From the NCBI GenBank assembly GCA_051453625.1, contig JBOZIK010000001.1, positions 17,903,872-17,940,393 of the forward strand: a stretch of DNA of 36,522 bases, written 5' to 3'. Source of the DNA: Welwitschia mirabilis (taxonomy: Eukaryota). A program made the translations under genes and the position numbers. Under the pieces are notes generated by a model. That model was not told the origin of the DNA, searched no databases, and saw nothing but the letters and a program-made list of their open reading frames with translations. Numbering within the stretch: the first letter of the stretch is position 1; every line of letters starts with the position of its first letter. This document shows positions 1-10,998 of the stretch, in pieces.

Positions 1-786
1 AGGATTATTTTAAGCTTGAATGATACATATTTATAATGTGTTGTTTAGACATGATTGCATGTTACTTGAATATATTTCATGGAATTTATTTAGCAGGAGT
101 AGGTAGCACTCACTGATTATTTTTTCTGAGATTATTACTACTTAAGCTTACATATTAATTTTAGCATTATGTCTATACATTATCATTTTTTAGAACTATC
201 ACTTTAACTTGTTATGTGTATGACATTTATTTGGACTATTATAATTCGTTTAAGTAGGGAGCTTATAACTATAGTAGTAATTGTATTAATGTCTTGTTAT
301 CATCTATTCTTGCATGNNNNNNNNNNNNNNNNNNNNNNNNNNNNNNNNNNNNNNNNNNNNNNNNNNNNNNNNNNNNNNNNNNNNNNNNNNNNNNNNNNNN
401 NNNNNNNNNNNNNNNNTTATCATCTATTCTTGCATGATAAATAGAACTCAAATTCCATTTCTTTAGTTGATGATTATCTTAGTCAAATTGGCTTATAATC
501 TAGTTGATTGCCTACTTTGTCAGGGACTGATAAGGTTAAGTAGGGGGCTATGTTATGATGCCAACTTGTAGGAATTTGATGGTGTATTTGGAGTACTTTT
601 GCAGGATATTTATATAGGTTTAGATCTAATTCTGCTGATTATGAAGAGACAACAAGATGATCATGAAAACGTGTAATTCTTGACATAATTGGAGGCATTT
701 CAGGAATGTTTTGATACTTAGCATATTAAAGGAGGATCAAAAGTGAAGAAGATCAATTTACAATACTTGAGGGGCTTAGGAAAAGA

Positions 787-1128
787 GTCATCCCCAATGT
801 CCTCCCCATGACAGAGGGCACGAGAGTTCATTATCATAGCTACACAAAAGCAGCACATGGGTAACACTTGGACAGTAGCACATGGTGATAGGGCATCATC
901 CCTTAGGTTGTCTGAATGACATTCAAGATGATAGATGCAAGTAAAACCTAGAACTGATGATAGCATATGAGCATGTAACCCAATGCATTATCCCCTCTGT
1001 CGTGTGGACAACCAATAGGATTACAGCATCGGTAACATGCTTGTCTAACCCATGGAAGTACTTGGCACATAACTTAAGGTATTAATGTGGCATCATCCCT
1101 CTGTCATTTGGATGACAGATAGGATGAT
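787..1128. repeat. Four degenerate copies of a ~37-40 nt hairpin motif at ~100 bp spacing
   Basis: Copies at 787 (GTCATCCCCAATGTC...ATGACAGAGGG), 893 (GCATCATCCCTTAGGTTGTC...GATGATAG), 985 (GCATTATCCCCTCTGTCG...GGATTACAG) and 1090 (GCATCATCCCTCTGTCATTTGGATGACAGATAGGATGAT). Confidence 0.7.
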
Positions 1129-1239
1129 AACTATTTTTATACTGCAGTAGTAAATTTCATTATAAAGAGTGCGAAACGGGTCATGTGGGTGGCTAGGGTT
1201 TTCTTAACAAATGTTTAGGGTTACAATTCATTATAAAAC

Positions 1240-1247
1240 TATAAATA
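1240..1247 (+). promoter_or_regulatory. Putative LTR TATA box
   Basis: TATAAATA followed by pyrimidine-rich CCCTTTTCTCC, downstream of the hairpin array and two TAGGGTT motifs. This is a typical plant LTR U3/R layout. Confidence 0.35.
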
Positions 1248-4200
1248 CCCTTTTCTCCTTTACTTTCAAACCATCTTCTATACTTGATATGCTTGTAACA
1301 AGAGCTTGAAGGTAGGAGGTCCATCCAATAGCTGCAAAAAAGGGTTTCCTTGGTGTTAGGCTATGTTTCTTCTATTGAGGTGCTGTTATTCTGTTATAAG
1401 TGGATGTAAAGTTTTTTTTAAATTAATGCAAATACTCTTTTCATTTCAATTATGTAAATGTCCCTTATGGTTTAAGTTGATCTTAAATAGTGATAAGCTT
1501 GGATTTATTTAGATCATAAGGGCAACCTTTGTTAAGGTTGACCTTAGTTAGTAGTAGGTTTACATTANNNNNNNNNNNNNNNNNNNNNNNNNNNNNNNNN
1601 NNNNNNNNNNNNNNNNNNNNNNNNNNNNNNNNNNNNNNNNNNNNNNAAATACTCTTTTTAATTGATATGAATTATAGAAAAGATAGTCTTTGTGATAGAA
1701 AGAATAAAGGCTAGTCCTTGTAATAGAAGGATTATGATCTAAGTAGAATCTCATTATCATTTCCATTCACTTGTATTTTATATTCATTCATCTTGCATTA
1801 CATTTATTTTATTATTTACTTTCGGTTAGTAAAGGATAAAAGACAAAAAAAACTACCTTTGGAAATTAATTCTCTAACTCTGAGCCTAGTGCCTTCGTTG
1901 GAATTATGACATTTAGGTGAACTCCCATCTATACTACCATGTATTTCTCTGCAAGTTATATGATTTACAGGTTTACCTAAAGAACTTCAAGATTGCATAA
2001 TTTACACCGCAATACACATAAAGGGGTCATTGTCTCATTATCATAAATAATATAATTCTTATGCTATAGAAATAATTTACTTAGCATGAATGTCGATTTT
2101 ACCTTAATTCAATCATATTTTTAAGTTGGGAAATCTTAAGGAAAACTAAACCTTAATAAGTTAACTTGAAAATAAGCAAAACCTTTTGTTAAAAAACTAC
2201 ATATACACTTAAATTCTACCTATCTTAAAATGACAAAGCAATTATTTTATTAATGGTTATTCAAATTAAGGACCATCAACTAGGATCATCTAATCTTAAA
2301 AACTAGTGAAAACATAAAAGAAAAGGGCAATTGATGGAATTTATTAGGTGGAATGAAAATGGAAGGGATGTGAACTAAGGTGTAAGGCAATGATGATTTG
2401 TTTAGTTAAGTAAATGGTATTTGAGGTTTTCTACCTGAAAATGTTTGAGATGGTGGCCATACAAGTGAAAGTGCTTATGAGGTTTTAAATGAGAAAGGGT
2501 ATTAAGCACAAATATTTTTAGCATTTTTAACCTTTTCAAATCAAAATTTATTCTAAAAGAGACATATATTCTAAAGAAAAATTTAACTTAAAATCACACA
2601 ACAAAGTTAAAAAAATTTCAAGGCCTTTCCAAGATATTGCATGCATGAAGGTTTGAAATGATAAATACCATGGTTAAATAATGAATCAAAATTAAACCAG
2701 GTATTTAAAGATGAGAGCGAATACCCATAAATGTTTACACATGAATCCATAAAAATTAGAAGGATATTAACATTAGCAGTAAAATGAATTTATCCGAACT
2801 TAGATGTTTTCCATTTCTTAGCTTATTCTTGTTTAATCAACAACTCATGCAAAATGTCATTTTGAAGTGTAGATAAGAATGGATTAGAAACCATGGGAAA
2901 AGACAAATGATTATCAGAAAAATTATAAGAAGATGGTTCCAAAGGTGAATATAGTTTTTTATCCTCATTAAGGTCTATATCTTTCTTAGAAGGTAAAGAT
3001 GAAAATAACATAATTGTCTCAAGATGTTGTTAAGAAAAATATTGTTTAAAAAATGGATCATAAAAAGGCTCTTGATTAATGTTTTCTTCCTCATTAACAT
3101 TCTTAAGGGATTCTTCATCAATTAGTTACACAAGTGATAAATGTTGTGGTTTAAAGATTACGTTTTTTTTTTTTTTTTTAATCAATGTCCCCTATAGATT
3201 TGTCCTGTGATGTGTAACTCTCTAGTTTTCCATCTCCCTTAAATATTTGCTTACTTACCATGGATTAATCATCATCATCTAAAGTGTATAGCCTCTTTGC
3301 ACCTCATTTTTCACTCTCTAAGGAATTTCTAAACTCAATTCCCTCTTGGATGTCCTTATTATGGGATTCTTCAAGGTTTTCTTTCTCATTCCTAAGGAAT
3401 ATGGTTTGATTTTTATATATCCTTATGTCATTAATTCCTTCAAGTGTTTAAAGACTTATAGATTCATGGAGTGTAGGAGGATCTTCTTCTTATTATTATT
3501 GGTTAATGATCCTAAGGATTTGATCATTATTTTTAGCTATTTATTGAAGAAATTTCTTGGGATTTTTAGTAGTTTTCATAATGGATTATTCTAAATATTA
3601 AGCATGTATTTAAAGTGTATTAGAATAAGATTTATAATTTTCTTTCTACAAATATCTAAAAGGTATTTTAAAAGGAAGGCAAGGTGGATTATTAAACAAG
3701 TAAAGATGATAGCTAGTGATCAACAAATGATGAAGGATATGGGAAGGAAGATGAAGGGTATGAATCAAAATATAAAAATGAAATTAAAGGATAAGAATTG
3801 TAAGAAGAAAAGAAAGGATGGGATCAAACTTCTATGAGTTAGCATAAGAATTTTGGAATTAAAAGTTTTAAAAAGATTGATTTAGATACAAATAGATTTG
3901 AGAACACTCTTTAAAAGTTTTTTTAGATCAAATAAAGTTTCTTAAATTATCTTATATTATTCAAGGTTTGAAAACTATAGGGATATATAAGTTGAAGCTT
4001 AAAAGATGTGTGAAATAAATTATAATCCTAATTCATTATCAAAAGTTTAGAAAATGGGTTGAGATTTAGGGATAATGTTTATGTATTCTAAAGTCTTAGG
4101 AGGTTTAAAAAGGTCAAATAAGATTTATGTTTAAGTTGCAAAGTCTTCAAAGTAAAAATGTAGGAAGCACTAGTCAGGAAAGCTAACAACACTAGTTCAA

Positions 4201-4749
4201 CTAAGCAGAAGGGTTTAACAAAAAGACAAGAAGTTCATTCAGTTAGTGTAATAGGGTAAAAACATGTAAAACATAAAAACATTGTAGATTTATGGAAATC
4301 CCTATACATTCTTAACTTTTCTTAACATGTTTAATAAAAATAAAAATTGATAGAAATGAAAAATTTATAGAAAATTTACAAAACTTTAGAAACATAAAAT
4401 ACATAAAAAAAATTTAAGTTTGGTTTGGTTTTAATTCATGATCTTAGATTTAGTTGCTCTACAAAAACATTGTTAGACCTGTAACTCAAAAATATCAAAT
4501 ATAAAAATGAAGTTTCAGTTATTAAAAAAGATAACCAAACTTAACAATTTTAACTAGTCTAGGTTTTACTAGAAATGGACTAGTACTTACCACTAGAAGA
4601 AAAATAAAATACTTAAAACAAAGAGAAAATGACTATCTTGGATATCACTTGAAAAAGAACCAGAACCTACCACTAGAGAAATAAAAACTAACTAAAAAAA
4701 TTACAATAAAAAATGATGCACTCTTGAGAAAAATTATCATGCAAACATA

Positions 4750-5660
4750 TCCCTTATAATGACACCGTTGTATCTTGCTAAGCAATTGGATTTAAAACCA
4801 AGTTTTTACTTAGTTATCATTCTTCCATAAGGATATATGTGATAACTTAATCAAAATAGAGATAAAAATCCTAAAAATTAAAGATCCAATGAGCTCCACT
4901 TAAAAATTGCTAATGCTAAATTATTATGCAATAACAATGAAAGAACTAAACACACTTAGAATTAGTCCTACCTAAATGTTGTTAATGATAAATTAATATG
5001 CAATAATAATGAAAGGATTTAAACCAATTCTAGAACTACCCTATTTAGACATTGCTAATGCTAAATTAATATGCAATAAAAATAAAATAATTTAAAATAA
5101 TTCTTATATTAAAACTAAAATAAATATACATTACATTAATGAAGGAGGAGAAGAAGAATAACTCCTCAACTAGCCTTGGATCATTTCATCCCCAAGAAGA
5201 GTGATCAATATGCCATAATTTTCTAGCCTCTTAGTCTTTTTCACATTAAGTAACTAAAAGATAATTACAATGGGCACTTAAAATCCTTGTATAAATAAGG
5301 AAAGGCTTAGAAAGTTATGTCATGATTACATATGTAACTATTATGTAAAAGGGATTACTTAAGAGTGAGTACATAAGGATAAAGTTACAAACATTTACCA
5401 TGTGGTCATAAGAAAAGATTCTTGATCTTCTTATGGAAACATGGCAGTTGCATGTCCTCTAACTATTGATGATGCTACCACTAAATGCCATGTCATGTAT
5501 CTTCATCATGATCATCCTCATTATGCCACATGTCACTATGACATGTTGTTTTATACTTTTACCACATGTCACCAGAATTAAGGTTTAATCTGATTTATTC
5601 TTTGATTGATCTCATAAGTGCAATTGATTTCATTCCCTAACAAGATGTAGAAACATGATT
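4750..5660 (-). mobile_element. Possible Athila-like PBS plus LTR remnant; boundaries approximate
   Basis: 4750-4766 TCCCTTATAATGACACC matches the reverse complement of the Athila-type PBS (TCCCCGGCAACGGCGCC) at 10/17 positions, and 6 of the 7 mismatches are C>T/G>A changes. Adjacent non-coding DNA holds a 72-bp tandem repeat and decayed CACGTG-like motifs. Confidence 0.3.
4906..5104. repeat. Tandem repeat, 72-73 bp unit, ~2.7 copies
   Basis: Units start at 4906, 4978 and 5051 with a core close to ATTGCTAATGCTAAATTAATATGCAATAA.AAT.AAA. Confidence 0.85.
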
Positions 5661-8344
5661 TTTTAAACAGTCTACCTTAGAAGGTTGGTAGCACTGATAG
5701 TCATGATTGGTAATGCTAGCATTATGTGATGGATTCTCATAAGGCTTTGCATAGGTTTTTAAAAGACAGTAACACATTTGCTAATGTTAAGGGAAAGTCC
5801 ATAATATGATAAAAATAGTAGATAGGGTAGAAAACATTCATATATAATAAAACAATGCATTTTAATGTTTCTCCCTATGTTAAATTAATCAATTAAACTT
5901 ACTTATAATGTTAATTTTTACATGAAAATAAATACTTATCCCACTCTCCAGTCGTGGGTTAAGAAAGATCTGTCCTTGATCTTCACCTTACTTTCATTTT
6001 ACTACTAAATAAAGCTATCAATTTTGTTGTAATATTATTCATTCTATTATTTTATTTTTATTTGAAGTTTCATTGCAATATTATTTTTGGATGTATGCAA
6101 TCTCCTACTACTTTTGCTCTTAGTCAAAATCCTTATGTTTTATAGTAACTCTATAAATGCTAGATTAGTTCTAGATATAATCTTAACATCCTAGAGTTAG
6201 GTAATAGGCATTAAATTAGCCTTAAATAGAATCATAACACCCTATATAACTCTATTGTTATTATTTAAAGTTATTAAAATTAATTTAAGTGTTTACAAGG
6301 GATAAGATAATGCATCTATCATGAATCTTAAATTTCTTTAACAAAAGAATCTATATGAAATTTATACTTGTAGATTCTTTAAATAATAAAGAAGAAGTTA
6401 TAGGAAAAGAGTTTATGAATAAATTTAAAAATTTGAAATTATACAGGTAAAAAATCCATTATAAAGGAAAGGTAATGATATAATATTAAATTATGAAAAA
6501 TAAAAGGTGGCTTTAATTTTATAACTTGATTGTTAGATCTTAACTTTGAATTCTATGAATACTCATGGACAATAAATGTAGGGTAATTTTATAATCAAAA
6601 ATTTTAATAAAATTAATATTTAAAATTTTTTAATATGTGTTTCTCATTTATTAGTAGTCTGCAAACCTATAGCACAATAAATGAAGTAATTGAAAATGAA
6701 AAAATAGCTCAAGAATTTATAGGTAAATTCAATAGAATATATATGGATATCCTTTAATTTACATATTATAAGGCCCTAGGTATAATTAAGTCTTTTGTTT
6801 AACTAATCATGATGGTCATACTTCAAAGGAGAAGGTATAGTTAATAAAATCTTTGAGTTCAACATTTCCCTTTAATGGTGAAGGGGAGTAGTTTACTGAT
6901 AGATGCATAATTAAATATTTTTATGTTTGCATTATTAAATAATATTTATTCCCCAAAAAATGTTAATAAAGTTATTTCTTTTATCATATTCATTACATTT
7001 TCAATATTAACTTTACTAATAAAACCTCCTCTTCATTATCGACATTTTCTGCTGCTACTTATATCAAACCCATTATGATGTCATCTTATACCTATCTCAT
7101 GATTTTTGATCTACATCCATTCACTTTAGACGGAACTATTTCATTTTTAACTAGTGTCAATATCTACATTCTCTTCTTAACATTTATTTTTTTACTACCT
7201 TTAAAAATTCCTTTCTTCGTTTTATAGTNNNNNNNNNNNNNNNNNNNNNNNNNNNNNNNNNNNNNNNNNNNNNNNNNNNNNNNNNNNNNNNNNNNNNNNN
7301 NNNNNNNNNNNNNNNNNNNNNNNNNNNNTCTTAACATTTATTTTTTTACTACCTTTAAAAATTCCTTTCTTCTTTGTATAGTTGTAAATAGTATTATTTT
7401 ACTACACTTTTAATCTAGAGCTAATAACTTATGAAACCAACATTTAATAACTTAGTTAATATTCTTTTGTATAAGGTTATTAATATTCAAGATATATTTT
7501 AAGGGAATAACTATTATTTTAAAATATTCTTCATGGCATTTTTTTGTTTAAAATTTATTAAGGGGCTAGTAAAAAACTAAGTTGGAAGAGTGCTTATAAT
7601 TGAATTTTTACATATTTAAGTTGGAAGAAAAGAGATAAATATATTAACAATGATTTATAAAAAAGAATGAATACATTGCTATGATAAGGGCTTATCTCAT
7701 TATTAGGTTTTAATCCTTCTTTATTCCTCCCAATTAAAGTAAAAGTACTTTTCATAGAGTTATACAAAATCCTTAACATGATAATTTTGTCTTAATTTTT
7801 TTTAAGAAGTTGTATCTCAACTTAACTTGTTGTAAGAAAATTAAGATTTTTTGGATTACAATAGCTGAAAAAATACCTATGAATACAACAACATGCAGAA
7901 GAAAGAATACATTTGAATTAGATTTTATAGTTATTTTTAGTGTATTATTCTTTTTATTTTTTAATCATTATTGAAAAGTTAATTGAAATGTTAGATTAAT
8001 GTATTTCATCATTTCATCTAAATATTTCAATATACCGATTATTAACTTCATGTGTGTTTCTTTTAGATGATGCGTCACTCTTGTCTAAGACCAAGTTCAA
8101 GATTCGACATATACTTTAGAATGATCTTCTAAAGAAAATATTCATACATACTAGCATAGGAAATGATTAGGGCCTACAATAGTATTATCCTAAAAATCCA
8201 AGTTACAAAGAAAACCTACAAACAGTAATAAAATTAGACAACATAGAAAAATGGATTTTATATTCTAAAGTACCTAAAAATACTATAAGAAATTAATAAT
8301 TATAAAAAATCTTTTAGGTATATTCTATAACTGAATATTAAAAG

Positions 8345-8905
8345 GGAAGCAAGTGATCTTAAAATTTGTACTTATGGGATTTATTTTGGAGTTATTCTAT
8401 ATAGGTTAAATTATTTCTAAAAGAGATGTCTAATGACCTAAATGATTATAGCAAAGAATTACTGCAAGGTCTCTTCTTTATCCATATGGATATCTTTAAA
8501 TTTTGAAATAAGCATTTGAAGTTTTTCTTGCTTTATAGTTTAGGTTCCTTCATATGATATTTTAAGAATGTTCCAAGCTTCTTTAGAATGATTACATTTT
8601 ATTATGTGCTTAAACTTATCTACACAAACTGCATAAAATATGGCATTAGGGGCACAGGTGTCTATGATGGATTTTGACTTGTCAGTGGAGGTCCATTGGT
8701 CTTGGGCTTTGGGAACTAGAATAGTATTACTGTTAATATTAGTTTGGTCTAACATAGGCATAGTGTAATCTTTGTGAATGACTTCCTCTATATCAACATC
8801 TAACAATCTAAGAAATATTTTCATCTTCGCTTTCTAGTAAGTATAATTTAAACCATTAAACATAGGTGGACAACCAGTGGAAAAGCCATCGGACGAATTA
8901 CTTAT
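8345..8905 (-). pseudogene. gag: Ty1/copia (Sirevirus-like) gag N-terminal region, disrupted and truncated
   Basis: Reading in frame from 8905 gives ISNSSDGFSTGCPPMFNGLNYTY*KAKMKIFLRLLD...SKEAWNILKISYEGT*TIKQEKLQMLISKFKDIHMDKEETL, then ILRSL near 8350. These match copia gag motifs PPxFxGxNYxYWKxxM, AKEAWxxLxxxxEGT and KILRSL. Includes ORF 8540..8824. No pol is recognisable downstream. Confidence 0.85.
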
Positions 8906-9283
8906 TTTAGGGTTTTAAGATCAATATTGGTTAAAATCTAAAGAAGATTCAATATCTCTCATATTAAATAATAGGATCGAGAATCCTATAGAGAGAGGGT
9001 GAATAGGTTCTTTAAAATTATGCAACACATCATTCTAAATGAACCCAATATTAACAAAACTTGCATATAATAGCTAACTAATCCAAAATGTGCATGTAAT
9101 AAGAAAATAATAGAAGTAAATAAATAATGACTAAAATCACAAAAATAACAAATGGATGCATGCTAGATTTATTATGATTCAAGAAATTCCCTACTCCACT
9201 TTCGACTATTAGCTTATTCCCAAGCTAAATCTTGGATCTTTGTTACTCCATCAGGTTATCTAGGTTTATCTATAACCTTTACA

Positions 9284-9402
9284 AATAGACCTTCTAAGGC
9301 TTAGTTTCAATGTTTGAATAGACTTTTTAAAGCTTAGTCTCAACCTTTTAATGGACTTTTTAAGGCTTAGTCTCAACCTTTTAATGGACTTTTCAAGGCT
9401 AG
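9284..9402. repeat. Tandem repeat, 33 bp unit, ~3.6 copies, inside the LTR
   Basis: Unit AATGGACTTTTTAAGGCTTAGTCTCAACCTTTT starts at 9284, 9317, 9350 and 9383 (last copy partial). Confidence 0.92.
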
Positions 9403-9809
9403 TGATGAAATGATGTCAATTGTGCATAAATATCACTCATTCTTAATTTAGTAGATTTGATGGAGCTCTTCTCTTATAGATATAAAATAGATGAAGCATA
9501 GGATCTGACCTTAATGTAGAGATAATACAGATGATAGATCTTCTTTGATCAAAAGTACAAATGCCAAGATATAATAGTGAATGTCACAAGATTACAGTAC
9601 TTAATCCTTCATATCCAATAGATTCATACAATTGAAAATAGTTTCAAAAAGATTGTATAGTCATCTATCTCTTAACTATTTATATTGGAAGGATTTTAGG
9701 ATTTATTATGTTTGAAATGCACCTACAACAGCTATAAATGGCTAGAAAATGAGTACCCAATGGCTATATAATGGATACATAATGTTTAGAAAACTTTACT
9801 TCTATTCCG

Positions 9810-10337
9810 TTCAATCGACTTCTCAAAAGTCTGGTTAACTCCATTTGGTGTCATGAATTACATAGGTTATCAGAGTGAGAATTTTGGTTGCCTCAATTTC
9901 TTATGGCTTCATGTTCGGTTGACTCCATTTGGATCTAATCAACCTAAGTCTGGTCATCTGCTACATGATCTGATCTCCCATTTCTCCTAATAAAATTCTT
10001 TCTCATTTTCAACATCAAGTCCAATTGACCCTTTAATATATCTGATTGACCCCATGATGATTAACTTAGAAGTATCAACTACATAGTACTCAGGTCTAAT
10101 CGACTTCATTATATATTTAGTCAACCTCAGTTTAGGAGTATTGTTTATTAGGTGCTCAAATCTGGTTGACCTCATAAGGATCTAGTCGATCCCTTTCCAT
10201 TTGATTTAGGAACTCAAATTTTCAGGGTTACAAGTTCAGTTGACTCCATCATAAATCTAGTCGATCCCTTTTGATGTATTTCATTTTTATCTATTTGCTT
10301 TAGGTGTGATCAACTTCTTGGAAGTTTGATTGACCCC
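9810..10337. promoter_or_regulatory. Cluster of at least 13 decayed palindromic GTCGAC-core motifs in LTR U3
   Basis: Examples: CAATCGACT, TCGGTTGACT, CTAATCAACC, CCAATTGACC, CTAATCGACT, TTAGTCAACC, CTGGTTGACC, CTAGTCGATC (twice), TCAGTTGACT. All are derivable from RGTCGACY by transitions. Confidence 0.65.
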
Positions 10338-10959
10338 TTAAGAGGGTAAAAGAACTAATAGGTTTCTAGTGCTCAGAATTCAATGGTTTTGATTTTATCT
10401 TTCAACCTATAAGTAATTAACAACTTTTGCACAAGATACATAAAATTTTCTATATAGAAAACATTAGTTGGACATCAATTGATAAAACATAATCTAATAG
10501 CAGATACATCTCTATGTGCTAATTATTCTCTAGTTTCTTCTATATTTCCAAGAAATCATAGCCATTGAATTCCTTAGTATTAATTGCATTACAATTATTG
10601 TGCATCACTAGATCTCCAAGAAAAAAGTAATAACTTGCATCCAACAATAGCATTGAGTTTAAACCAATGCCATTGATAATACCTTAATAACATATTTACT
10701 TGATAAAACCAGATTAATTTTATTTGTTAATAAGAAGAGAAAATCTATAGTGATCAACATGTCTTTGAGAGAACCACGTGCAATTACAATTGCAACTTAA
10801 ATTGGTAGTGGAAGATCAAAAGGAAATGTATTATGGAAGAATCACTCTTAGAGCATGCAAAAATTGGATGTAGCAATAGAAAAATAAATTTGTCATCTAG
10901 TTTACTGAGCATGCTTTTCTCTCCTATTGATACATTTGCTAATTACACTTACATGTAGA

Positions 10960-10998
10960 CATTTATGTATTTCATTTATGTATTTCATTTATGTATTT
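10960..10998. repeat. 13 bp x3 perfect tandem repeat
   Basis: CATTTATGTATTT three times in a row. Confidence 0.9.

Larger units (their letters stand above)
551..1975 (+). mobile_element. Probable Ty3/gypsy (Athila-like) LTR remnant; right boundary approximate
   Basis: Begins TG at 551 directly after TTGTCAGGGACTGATAAGGTTAAGTAGGGGG (518-547), which resembles the Athila-type pre-LTR polypurine tract. Contains a hairpin array, TAGGGTT motifs and CTATAAATA, and has no coding capacity. The family assignment is from remembered motif resemblance only. Confidence 0.4.
8969..10500 (-). mobile_element. Sirevirus-like 5' LTR; distal end at ~10500 or 10646
   Basis: Sits next to a decayed Met-PBS (8955-8966, 8/12 match to GCTCTGATACCA) upstream of gag. 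Carries C-rich CCTATTCACCCTCTCTCT on the minus strand near the LTR 3' end (~8990-9007), a minus-strand TATAAATA (9677-9684) and a GTCGAC-type motif cluster upstream of the TATA. Confidence 0.7.

Noticed and set aside
787..1128. CRISPR array
   Set aside because: Repeats are highly degenerate, spacers are long and partly related to each other, there are no cas genes, and the context is a plant LTR.
2823..3837. Short ORFs 2823..3011, 3346..3594 and 3604..3837
   Set aside because: No recognisable domain. Possibly decayed retrotransposon internal sequence, but I cannot assign it.
6820..6892. PPT-like tracts TCAAAGGAGAAG and TGAAGGGGAG
   Set aside because: No adjacent LTR or pol could be demonstrated.
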